Positions 45,026 to 53,521 of a DNA stretch of 64,000 nt are shown here, piece after piece. Made by a program: the position numbers and the translations under genes. This stretch comes from Patescibacteria group bacterium (GTDB taxonomy: Bacteria; Patescibacteriota; Microgenomatia; JAMCZE01). The stretch covers positions 11,391 to 75,390 of the forward strand of contig JAMCZE010000007.1 of assembly GCA_023485845.1 (NCBI GenBank). Reading direction: 5' to 3'. The number at the start of each line of letters is the position of its first letter. The stretch's first letter is position 1. The notes under the pieces were generated by a model. It did no database searches. It was not told the origin of the DNA and saw nothing but the letters and a program-made list of their open reading frames with translations.

Positions 45026-46051
45026 TTACTCTCCTGCTCTCTCACTTCCTACAATTGCCACTTCTTCCACCAGCCGGTTGGCGTAGCCCCACTCGTTGTC
45101 ATACCAGGCAATCACTTTCGCCAAATTGCCGCCGACCACCTGTGTGAGAGATAAATCGACAATGGCCGAATGCGGGTTGCCCTTAATGTCCGAGGACACG
45201 ATTGGATCGCTGGTCACTTCCAAAATATTTTTATAGCGATCCGAAGCGGCCGCCTCTTCAAAAGCTTTATTTATTTCTTCCTTAGTCGTTGCCCTTTTTA
45301 ATAGAAAGGTGAAGTCTGACAGACTCCCAACAATAGTGGGCACCCTAATTGCCAGTCCGGTGAAAAGATCTTTTAATTCCGGCACCGCCTCAGTGGCGGC
45401 AATAGTTGCCCCGGTGGAAGTGGGAATAATATTTTGCGCTGCCGCCCTGGCCCGGCGAAAGTCTTTGTGGCCCCCATCCTGAAGCTCCTGGTCGGACGTG
45501 TAGGAATGGACGGTGGTCAGCATCGCTTTTTCCACCCCGAATTTTTCTGCCATAATCTGGGCCACTGGGGCCACCGAGTTAGTCGTGCAGGAAGCGTTGG
45601 AAATGGTGGCATCGCCCGGCGCTTGATTAACGCCGAGAACGAAAGTTTTAATTGAATGATCTTTAGCTGGAGCCGATAAGATCACTTTCTTCGCCCCCGC
45701 TATCAGATGATCCTTAATTTTTTCTTCGGTAGTGAAGTGGCCAGTAGCTTCAATAACCACGTCCACTCCCAGCATTTTCCAGGGCAAGGCCGTGGGATCC
45801 TTCTCGGTGAAAAAAGGAATTTTTTTGCCGTCAACAATTAAATTCCCTTCCTCGCCACTGACCTGATGGCCCTTTAAAATTCCATAGGCCGTGTCATATT
45901 TCAGAAGATAGGCCCAGCCGGCAATATCCGTGGAGGTGCCGCCGTTAATGGCCACCAGTTCTAACTTATCGGTAAACCGCTCCAGCATCACTCGGTGGGC
46001 CACCCGCCCAATTCGACCATAACCATTAATTGCAACTTTAATCATAGACAT
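45026..46051 (-). CDS. gap: glyceraldehyde-3-phosphate dehydrogenase
   Basis: KVAINGYGRIGR NAD-binding N-terminus and the active-site SCTTNSVAP. Confidence 0.9.
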   Translation of the reverse strand: MSMIKVAINGYGRIGRVAHRVMLERFTDKLELVAINGGTSTDIAGWAYLLKYDTAYGILKGHQVSGEEGNLIVDGKKIPFFTEKDPTALPWKMLGVDVVIEATGHFTTEEKIKDHLIAGAKKVILSAPAKDHSIKTFVLGVNQAPGDATISNASCTTNSVAPVAQIMAEKFGVEKAMLTTVHSYTSDQELQDGGHKDFRRARAAAQNIIPTSTGATIAATEAVPELKDLFTGLAIRVPTIVGSLSDFTFLLKRATTKEEINKAFEEAAASDRYKNILEVTSDPIVSSDIKGNPHSAIVDLSLTQVVGGNLAKVIAWYDNEWGYANRLVEEVAIVGSERAGE

Positions 46052-46139
46052 TTTGCAGTAAGCAACGAGTAAATTTTAAGAGCGCAACCTAGGTGGCCGC
46101 AGGCCGGTGCCTGTGAGCACTTAAAATTTCGCGAGCTGA

Positions 46140-47147
46140 TTACTGCATTAGCGCTTCAATACCGGGTAATTCTTCTCCGGCCAAAAATTTCAACATGCTT
46201 CCTCCCCCGCTGCTGACCCAATCAAACTTATCGGTCAATCCTAACTTATCCAAAAATGCCACCGTGTCTCCGCCGCCGGTGATTTTCACCGCCGGGCTGG
46301 CCACAATTAGTTCCGCCAGTTTCCTTGTTCCCACCTGGTAAGTAATGTCCTCCACCTTCCCGATCGGTCCATTCCAAACGATGGTGCCAGCATTGGAAAT
46401 TGATAATTGTAAACTGTAAACTGCATCTAGTGTAACGTCATTGCCGCCGGCGGTCAACTCCAAATCCCGGCTGACCACCACTTCATCGGCAAAAGCTTTC
46501 ATTTTTTCGGCCAGCGGGGCTTTGGTTTCCCACTTGACCCCGCCAATAATTATTAAAAGCGGCCGGTGGGGGTTCTTCTGAACTATTGAAAGCTGTTCCA
46601 CTTCCTGGGCCAGCCAGAAACCGGCAAAATGGGGCAGGAGTTTGGGAACACCGACAATACTGGCGTGGGCCCGCTCGCTGTCGGCAAAGGCTTCGTTAAC
46701 ATAAATGTCGGCCATGGCTGCCAGTTGTCCTGCCAAACTCTCATCATTGGCTTCCTCTCTTGGGTCAAACCGCAGATTTTCTAAGACTCTCACTTGCTTT
46801 CCTACTTTCCTGCTCACCCATTCCTGGATCGGTTTTGTTGACAGCTCCGAAACGACTTTTCCCCCGGGCCGGCCAATGTGCCCGGCTAAGATTACTTGAC
46901 AGTTTTGGTCCAGTAGAAAATCAATCGTCGGCTTAATATTTTTAAGCCGGCTGTCATCAAATGGCGACAGCGGGACGTCGATATCTCCTCTCACCAACAC
47001 TCTTTTTCCCGCGACACTTTTATCAACGATCGGTAGATTCATAGATTTAGTGTAGCATGATATAATCGAGTTGAGGGGGTGATAATTATGCCAGTTCCCG
47101 AAAAAAAAGGAGCCTCTGGAACCGGGAAAGGTGTTGACATTCTTCAA
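46140..47147 (-). CDS. pgk: phosphoglycerate kinase
   Basis: KRVLVRGDIDVPL N-terminal motif, GGGDTVAFL, and the hinge WNGPIGKVE. The true start is probably an internal Met (MNLPIVDKS). Confidence 0.85.
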   Translation of the reverse strand: MKNVNTFPGSRGSFFFGNWHNYHPLNSIISCYTKSMNLPIVDKSVAGKRVLVRGDIDVPLSPFDDSRLKNIKPTIDFLLDQNCQVILAGHIGRPGGKVVSELSTKPIQEWVSRKVGKQVRVLENLRFDPREEANDESLAGQLAAMADIYVNEAFADSERAHASIVGVPKLLPHFAGFWLAQEVEQLSIVQKNPHRPLLIIIGGVKWETKAPLAEKMKAFADEVVVSRDLELTAGGNDVTLDAVYSLQLSISNAGTIVWNGPIGKVEDITYQVGTRKLAELIVASPAVKITGGGDTVAFLDKLGLTDKFDWVSSGGGSMLKFLAGEELPGIEALMQ

Positions 47148-47270
47148 AGATCAACAGAAGGGAAAATCAGAAATTATTTCAGAGAGCATATCCCTGGCTA
47201 CGCCGAGGCGGAGAGAAAAGTGATGGAGGAACAAAAACGCCTTTTGGAAATCCTAGCATCAAGAGGTTAA
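47079..47270 (+). CDS. hypothetical small protein
   Basis: 63-aa ORF in the pgk/dehydrogenase intergenic region on the opposite strand. Confidence 0.25.
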   Translation: MIIMPVPEKKGASGTGKGVDILQRSTEGKIRNYFREHIPGYAEAERKVMEEQKRLLEILASRG

Positions 47271-48224
47271 TCATTTTGCTAGATTTGGTGGGGGTTCTCC
47301 GGAGAGGGCGGCGATGATGTTTTGGGCGGCCAGACGGGACATTTCCGCCCGGGCTTCAGCCGTTGCCGAGCCGATATGCGGCGTTAACACCACATTAGGC
47401 AGACCAAAAAGCTTTTGATTAACCATTTTCTCCGATGAGGTCAGATCAATGTTGGCTTCTTCTTCAAAAACATCCAGGCCTGCTCCGGCAATCCATTTTT
47501 CCGAAAGGGCGGTGATCAAGGCCGCTTCATCAATGACTGCCCCCCGAGCGGTGTTAATGATAATGGCTGTTTTTTTCATCGCCGACAACTGCGGTTTGGA
47601 AATCAAGTGTTTTGTTTCCGCGGTCAAAGGCACGTGGAGCGTCACCACATCGGCCGTTTTTAATAGTTCATCCAGACTGTCGCAAAAAACCGCCCCCATT
47701 TCTGCCTCTGTTTGCATGTCCGGTTTATGGGAGTGATAAAGCACCTGCATGGAAAAGCCATAATGGGCAATCTTGGCCACATAGGAACCGATCCGCCCCA
47801 TCCCCACAACCCCAATGGATTTTCCGTAAAGCTGCTCCCCAATAAACAACTCCGGCTGCCAGCATTTATATTGGCAATCCCGGACAAACCGGTCGGCGTC
47901 CACAATCCGGCGCGCCACTGCCAAGATTAACGCAAAGGTATGCTCCGCCACCGCCTCAGTGAAACCGCCGGGGGTGTTGGTGACATAAACGTGGCGCGCC
48001 TTGGCGGCCTCCAGATCAATGTTGTCAAAACCAACGGCATAGTTGGCAACAATTTTCAATTGCTTTCCAGCCGCGTCCATCATCGCCCCATCAACCTTGT
48101 CCGTCAACAACGATAAAATCGCGTCCGCCCCGGAAAAATCCGTCCCGACAACCACGTCATGACCAGCCTTTTTTAACATCTCCTCTGCCGGTCCGGGAAT
48201 TTTTTGTGTTATAACGACTTTCAT
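47271..48224 (-). CDS. D-isomer-specific 2-hydroxyacid dehydrogenase (phosphoglycerate/glycerate dehydrogenase-like)
   Basis: NAD-binding VGMGRIGSYVA (GxGxxG) and the catalytic R/E/H arrangement. 317 aa. Confidence 0.8.
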   Translation of the reverse strand: MKVVITQKIPGPAEEMLKKAGHDVVVGTDFSGADAILSLLTDKVDGAMMDAAGKQLKIVANYAVGFDNIDLEAAKARHVYVTNTPGGFTEAVAEHTFALILAVARRIVDADRFVRDCQYKCWQPELFIGEQLYGKSIGVVGMGRIGSYVAKIAHYGFSMQVLYHSHKPDMQTEAEMGAVFCDSLDELLKTADVVTLHVPLTAETKHLISKPQLSAMKKTAIIINTARGAVIDEAALITALSEKWIAGAGLDVFEEEANIDLTSSEKMVNQKLFGLPNVVLTPHIGSATAEARAEMSRLAAQNIIAALSGEPPPNLAK

Positions 48225-48397
48225 AGAAAAGCGTAAACAAATAAAATATCCAATAATAAAAACGAACCTAGTGCTATATACTCCGAAAATCGATAGGCAT
48301 CTTCCCTATTCATTTTGAATATTCCTACCGTCCTTAGTTCTCGATCTTTAAGCATAAAATTATGACTCATGTGCCAGACTGCCATCAAGAAAACTGT

Positions 48398-48943
48398 AGT
48401 GACACTCCTCGCAGCAAGCTGCGAGGCATCTGCATTGCTAAAATAGCCTGAGTTGGTCTTTTGATATTTGGACATAGTCTTTTGGTCTTCCTTGGTTTCT
48501 GATGTACTTTTGGATGACTGTCTCAGAATTGCTTCGTCCTACTGAATTTACGAAATACCCGTCAGTCCAAAACTGGGCTCCCCAAAGGCTTTCCCTCAAC
48601 CCGGCAACTCGTTTGAGAAGTTCCCGGGCCAGGATACTTTTGACCGTTCTGGCAATTTTGGTAGGAGAATATGTAGGCACTGACTGGATCAAAAAATGGA
48701 CATGATCACCGTCGGCCCCAATCTCCACAAAATGCATCTCGTACCTTTGGGAAATTTCCTGACAGATCTGTTTTAGTTGGGCATCCACCTCTGTCGAGAT
48801 CACGAGTTGCCTTCCCTTGGCCACACAAACCAGATGGTACAAAAGCACCGAGACATTGTGCGCTTTGTGTATGTAGATACTCACGCATACAATTTTACCC
48901 TCTCGCGGCAAAGCCGCGGGGAATGAACCCTAAAAGAGATTCA
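48398..48943 (-). mobile_element. IS200/IS605-family insertion sequence, copy B (identical to copy A); ends +/-2 bp
   Basis: 100% identical over ~546 bp to 39125-39670. The tnpA ORF 48438-48911 is identical to 39165-39638. Confidence 0.85.
48438..48911 (-). CDS. tnpA: IS200/IS605 family transposase TnpA (HUH Y1), second copy
   Basis: Protein identical to 39165-39638. Confidence 0.85.
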   Translation of the reverse strand: MPREGKIVCVSIYIHKAHNVSVLLYHLVCVAKGRQLVISTEVDAQLKQICQEISQRYEMHFVEIGADGDHVHFLIQSVPTYSPTKIARTVKSILARELLKRVAGLRESLWGAQFWTDGYFVNSVGRSNSETVIQKYIRNQGRPKDYVQISKDQLRLF

Positions 48944-48982
48944 AACAGATTAAGAACACTAAAGCTATTTTCTTCTCAAAGA

Positions 48983-49870
48983 TCATATTTTATTTGCTGA
49001 ACCGAATAATTTGATTTTTTCTTCAACGACGGCCTGCATGGCGGCGATGGCCGCGGGCATGATTTTATAGATGGCGACTTCTCCGCCAGCTGGCGGACCC
49101 GGTGCATCTAATGTCTCTTTTAGCTTATCACGAAAAGCGAGGCGCAACTGCGTATTAACATTAATTTTTTGGACCCCAATGCCGATGGCCGCCGTGATTT
49201 CGTTGGCGGGAATCCCGGAACCGCCATGAAGAGAAAGGTACGTTTGGCCGAGCCTAGCTTTAATTTCCCGGAGCAAATCAAGGTTAATATTCTTAGTTTG
49301 TGCATACATTCCATGTACGTTTCCAATAAAAGAAGCGAGGGTATCAATCTGCGTTTTCTCGACAAAATCAGCGGCTTTGGCCGGGTCGGTGTAATATTTA
49401 GGGTCCCGGACAACATCAATGTTTTTTCCCCGGTGGTCGGCGCTGCCCGCCCCCAAAACGTTAATGTTGTCAATCTCGCCTTCGACTAAAACCCCCTTCT
49501 TATGTGCTTCGTCTGCCAATCGTCTGGTTTGTCTGATGTTCTCTTCGATGTCCAACTTCGAGCCGTCAAGATGAAGGTAATCAAACCCTGCTTCCAGGGC
49601 CACCCGGCAGTGGTCATAGTCCGGGGCGTGGTCTAAATTTAAAATGATCGGCACACCATTGCTTTGTTCCATCACCCGAGTGGCCCCGACCAGCTCCTTG
49701 ATGCCAAAATATTCGGCCTCACCCGGCGAGGCTTCAATGATCACCGGGGATCGCAAATTTTTTGCCGCCCCAACGATGGCCTTGAGAGTTTCAATGGAAG
49801 CAGCGTTGAAAGCCCCGATCGCAAAATGCTCGTTTTTTGCCCGCTCAAACCAATATTTGGCCTTGCTCAT
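48983..49870 (-). CDS. fba: fructose-bisphosphate aldolase, class II
   Basis: HFAIGAFNAASIE...NLDHAPDYD...HLDGS...HGGSG zinc-aldolase motif series. Confidence 0.85.
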   Translation of the reverse strand: MSKAKYWFERAKNEHFAIGAFNAASIETLKAIVGAAKNLRSPVIIEASPGEAEYFGIKELVGATRVMEQSNGVPIILNLDHAPDYDHCRVALEAGFDYLHLDGSKLDIEENIRQTRRLADEAHKKGVLVEGEIDNINVLGAGSADHRGKNIDVVRDPKYYTDPAKAADFVEKTQIDTLASFIGNVHGMYAQTKNINLDLLREIKARLGQTYLSLHGGSGIPANEITAAIGIGVQKINVNTQLRLAFRDKLKETLDAPGPPAGGEVAIYKIMPAAIAAMQAVVEEKIKLFGSANKI

Positions 49871-49888
49871 AACAATTCAATTTTTAAA

Positions 49889-50740
49889 TTAATTAACAAC
49901 TTGTTCCCGTGTTAACAGCCCCGCGGTTGCCCCGGTTTTTTGAATTACCGATTGGGAGTTGCGCAGCCCCCACGTCAGCGCGGTTTCCAAATCTTTTCCC
50001 AAAAATGTTGCCGCTAAAAAACCGCTGGAAAAAGCGTCGCCGGCTCCGGTCGGTTCCACCACTTTTGCCGGCAGCGCCGGCTGTGCAATTGTTTTCTCAC
50101 CCTGGTAAACGGCCGCGCCGGCTGGTCCATCGGTAATCACTGTAACTTGCGGCCCATGCTCCCCCAACACGGCGGCCTCCTCTTTATTCATAATTAACAC
50201 CTCAGTGGCTTCCAGAATTGGCCGAAGAAAATCTCGACCTTTCTTTAGATCGGTCATCGCCGGATTAAAAGCCAATTTAAAGTTATTGTGGTTTTGGGCC
50301 ACCAAATCAAACAGTGCCCCGGAATCCCGGCCCGGCGCACCGGTTAGATAGACCCACCGGCACGGGGGAAAATTCTCGATTTGTTTTGCCCCGGACGAGT
50401 GATAGGAAAAAATGGTCCGATTGCCAGCGAAAACCGTCACCGTTGACAAATTCGACTGCCGGCCCGGTTCGGTGGCGCTGTTGCCCAAGTCAACATTGTT
50501 CTTCAATAATTCTTTTTTAATCCAGGCCCCCCGGTCATCATCGCCAAAAATGGTCACCAGGGCAGTGTTTAGGCCCAGGCGGGTCAGACCAACGGAAACA
50601 TTGGCCGCGTTGCCCCCCAGCGACCAGGCAATATCATCCACTGGATGCTTTTGACCATCAAACTTCGGCGCTTCTTTTAGAAAAAGAAAAAGGTCTCTGG
50701 TCGCGTCCCCAATGCAAACAAAATCAAACATATTAAACAA
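49889..50740 (-). CDS. PfkB-family carbohydrate/nucleoside kinase (ribokinase-like)
   Basis: C-terminal TGAGDAFSSGFL (PfkB signature 2) and an N-terminal GG motif. Confidence 0.8.
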   Translation of the reverse strand: MFNMFDFVCIGDATRDLFLFLKEAPKFDGQKHPVDDIAWSLGGNAANVSVGLTRLGLNTALVTIFGDDDRGAWIKKELLKNNVDLGNSATEPGRQSNLSTVTVFAGNRTIFSYHSSGAKQIENFPPCRWVYLTGAPGRDSGALFDLVAQNHNNFKLAFNPAMTDLKKGRDFLRPILEATEVLIMNKEEAAVLGEHGPQVTVITDGPAGAAVYQGEKTIAQPALPAKVVEPTGAGDAFSSGFLAATFLGKDLETALTWGLRNSQSVIQKTGATAGLLTREQVVN

Positions 50741-51002
50741 ACCTGACTTCTAATTTCATTCCCACCGCGGAGGCCAGGCGGGAAAGAAAAGAAATTGTCG
50801 GAGAATAATCACCGTGCTCAAACCGGGCAATGCTTGACTGGTGGGTTCCCGCCCGCGTCGCGATTTCTTGCTGGCTAAGTTTTTTCTTCATCCGAAGCTC
50901 AATTAACCTGTGCTTTAAGGCATATTCCGGCTCTAAAGCATCATAAGCCTTTTTAAATTCGGGGTCTTTTAATGATTTTTTAACATAATTATCTAATGTC
51001 AT
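50733..51002 (-). CDS. higA: HigA-like antitoxin (XRE-family HTH)
   Basis: LSQQEIATRAGTHQSSIARFEHGDYSPTISFLSRLASAVG is an HTH_XRE. Directly downstream of, and overlapping, a RelE/HigB-like toxin gene. Confidence 0.7.
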   Translation of the reverse strand: MTLDNYVKKSLKDPEFKKAYDALEPEYALKHRLIELRMKKKLSQQEIATRAGTHQSSIARFEHGDYSPTISFLSRLASAVGMKLEVRFV

Positions 51003-51322
51003 TTTGCGCCCCCAAAATACTTTGCCCTATTTTTAATTAACTCAATAACTTCTAACGGTGTTTTGTTGCTTTTCTTAATTGTCATGTGCAAAATTTGTAT
51101 TGTTTCACCGCCAGTGGCGACTAGAAAAATCCGGCACTGGCCAGTTTTCAGTTCCCAAATATTTGGCAACCCGACCATCTTCTTCAGACTATCGTTATGC
51201 TCCGAGAAACCTGTCAATTGCAGCTCCTGCAATTCCCGGATAACTTTTCCTTTGGTCAGCTTATCAAGTTTATCAAGAAACTTTTCGCTCTCTTTCGGAT
51301 AAAGATTTACTGTCCAACTCAT
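50999..51322 (-). CDS. higB: RelE/ParE-superfamily toxin, HigB-like (Gp49-like)
   Basis: NIWELKTGQCRIFLVATGGETIQILHMTIKKSNKTP matches the phage Gp49/HigB core. Confidence 0.65.
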   Translation of the reverse strand: MSWTVNLYPKESEKFLDKLDKLTKGKVIRELQELQLTGFSEHNDSLKKMVGLPNIWELKTGQCRIFLVATGGETIQILHMTIKKSNKTPLEVIELIKNRAKYFGGAK

Positions 51323-51345
51323 CGTATAACAAATTTGTTATATTG

Positions 51346-52011
51346 TCAATGCCCGGTTATTATCTCCACCGCGTGGGATGTTCCGATGCGGTCGGCGCCG
51401 GCATTGATAAAGGCCATTGCCTGCTCGGCCGTTTCCACCCCACCGGCCACTTTAATTTTAATCTTTTCCCCCACCGCTTCCCGGACTAATTTGACATCTT
51501 CCACCATGGCTCCACGCGGCCCCGTCCCCGAACAGGTTTTGAAAAAATCTGCCCCGGCTTCCACCATTAACTGCGCTGTTTTTTTAATCTGGTCAGATGA
51601 CAGATAACCACATTCGGGAATAAACTTAACGATTATTTTTGAATTAACCTCCCGGGCGGCGGCAATAACCGCCTTCATTTCCACCAAACTCTGTGTCCAT
51701 TTTCCACTGACCAAATAGCCAACGTTGAGAGACACATCCAGTTCGTCGGCCCCCAAGGCGGCATAAGCTTGGGCACTGCCGGTTTTCATCGCGAGTGTTT
51801 CTTGCCCCAAGGGAAAAGAAACCACTGTTCCCACCCGCACTCCTAAACTTTTGACCAGCTGAATATAGCAAGGATTAACAAAAGCGCTGTTAAAACCGTG
51901 CTCTTTAACCGCCGCGGCGATCTTTTCCACGTCCGCCGGAGTCGCGTTGGCGTGGTGGTTAGCAAGATCAAGATGGGCAGCCAAATTATTCATTGGATCC
52001 AAGTGATTCAA
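51346..52011 (-). CDS. deoC: deoxyribose-phosphate aldolase
   Basis: IKIKVAGGVETAEQAMAFINAGADRIGTS and the Schiff-base Lys region. Confidence 0.85.
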   Translation of the reverse strand: MNHLDPMNNLAAHLDLANHHANATPADVEKIAAAVKEHGFNSAFVNPCYIQLVKSLGVRVGTVVSFPLGQETLAMKTGSAQAYAALGADELDVSLNVGYLVSGKWTQSLVEMKAVIAAAREVNSKIIVKFIPECGYLSSDQIKKTAQLMVEAGADFFKTCSGTGPRGAMVEDVKLVREAVGEKIKIKVAGGVETAEQAMAFINAGADRIGTSHAVEIITGH

Positions 52012-52627
52012 TTTTAATTAACACCTCTTGTGGGCTGGTGACAATGTGATAAACCTTCAATTCTTCTGGGCGCAAATGCATGTTTCGGCCGAAAACCTCA
52101 ATCACGTCATGCCACCAGGGACCATAAAGCAACAGGGGTTTGTGGTGGCCAAAGTGCAGCCGCGCCAGCCCCCAGGCCATCCCAAATTCGGAAATCGTTC
52201 CCGTCCCGCCGTTAAACACCACGTAAACGTCGGCCACCTCCATGATCTTTAGAGTCCGTTCGACATAGGTGTTGGTTTTAATTTCCTCGTCAAACTTATT
52301 GGCCGCATCCCGCCCTTCAAAAAAATCTGGCTTCTCTTTGGCGGTGGGGTAAAAAGTGATCCCAATGGCCCGGCCGCTGCCGGCATGAGCCCCCTCGGTG
52401 GCCGCTCGCATCACTCCTGGCCCGCCACCGTTAACCACCACGTAGCCGTTTCGCGCCAGCAGTTTTGCCGTCTCAAAAGAAGCCAAATAGTCCTTGTCCC
52501 CTTCCTTGGCATCAGCCCATCCTAAAAAGGCCACTTTTTTTATTTCCATGCCAATAGAGTAGCACACCGGCGGTAAACAGCACCAGACAGTTGCCGGCGG
52601 AAACCAGGCAATATTGGCATAAGGCAT
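51986..52627 (-). CDS. LOG-family protein (TIGR00730; cytokinin riboside 5'-monophosphate phosphoribohydrolase-like)
   Basis: VVNGGGPGVMRAATEGA and FNGGTGTISEF motifs. The likely true start is MEIKKVAFLG. Confidence 0.8.
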   Translation of the reverse strand: MPYANIAWFPPATVWCCLPPVCYSIGMEIKKVAFLGWADAKEGDKDYLASFETAKLLARNGYVVVNGGGPGVMRAATEGAHAGSGRAIGITFYPTAKEKPDFFEGRDAANKFDEEIKTNTYVERTLKIMEVADVYVVFNGGTGTISEFGMAWGLARLHFGHHKPLLLYGPWWHDVIEVFGRNMHLRPEELKVYHIVTSPQEVLIKIESLGSNE

Positions 52628-52931
52628 GGATCACAAATAACTGGAGATAAACCAAATAGGCGCTAAAGACGACCCCGACTACCATTAAGCCAAGCAATAA
52701 TTTCGTTTGTTTTTTCAGGGCCAGCCAAAAAATTGTTAAATAATAAACTAGGCCGAAGGCTGCCAGCGGCACCGGGCCAACGGCTGCATATTTGCTGCGC
52801 AGCACCAACTCGCAACCGCCGCCCACCGGACAAGGTAAATTGAGAGTCACCAAATGCTGGGCCGTCAACACCCCGGCATCAAAAACCCCCACCAGCGCCA
52901 AAACTAAAATTAGTATTCTTAGTTTGTTCAC
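52512..52931 (-). CDS. vitamin K epoxide reductase (VKOR) family membrane protein
   Basis: CPVGGGC and CQYC redox motifs flanking TM helices. Confidence 0.7.
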   Translation of the reverse strand: MNKLRILILVLALVGVFDAGVLTAQHLVTLNLPCPVGGGCELVLRSKYAAVGPVPLAAFGLVYYLTIFWLALKKQTKLLLGLMVVGVVFSAYLVYLQLFVIHALCQYCLVSAGNCLVLFTAGVLLYWHGNKKSGLFRMG

Positions 52932-53225
52932 TGGTTTATTATAACCTACCGGAGGTTAGTCACTCCCGGGATTGCGAAAGGCGGTGGCGTTAGTCACTAC
53001 GTTGTTCTTCGTATTGATGCGACAGATCCAACTGAATTCATCCGACGGATTAAAGAACTTTCACACACCGGGTGTGTGATTATTAGGAGTATTATCTTTT
53101 CGGCCAGAAACCTGTGCGAAGAAATTCTCTTACGTCGGTCTCGGTGTGCCCTTGTTCGACAAAGGCCACTATGATCTTATTTTCTAGATTAGCCTCGCAG
53201 GGTCTCTCCCTGCGAGCGTGTGTCT

Positions 53226-53521
53226 AGGCCGTAGCCTGGAGCTTTTCCATAACCCACATTCGAATCAGTGTCGTCGGACCCACACCAGCACTATGACAGG
53301 TCTTTTGCTACTTCAACCTTCACCTTCTTCCACTTATTCCAGTATGGCACCACACTGTGTGTGTCCCAAAACTCCGCCTCTTCCTCCCGATTTTTGAAAT
53401 CGGGAATAGGATCGACTTTCACTTTTTTGATCGTAGACTTTTTCTTCATATCTTTACTTATTCTAGTATAATTTACATCATGGCGAGAGGGGAGAAATGG
53501 AAAGAAGAATTGCAGCAACAT
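53226..53521 (-). pseudogene. brnA-family antitoxin gene, frameshifted
   Basis: ORF 53521-53291 encodes the N-terminal ...EEAEFWDTHSVVPYWNKWK. The C-terminal ...GVGPTTLIRMWVMEKLQATA* is readable in another frame down to ~53228. The two pieces are homologous to intact brnA 59414-59722 and 33542-33829. Confidence 0.55.
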
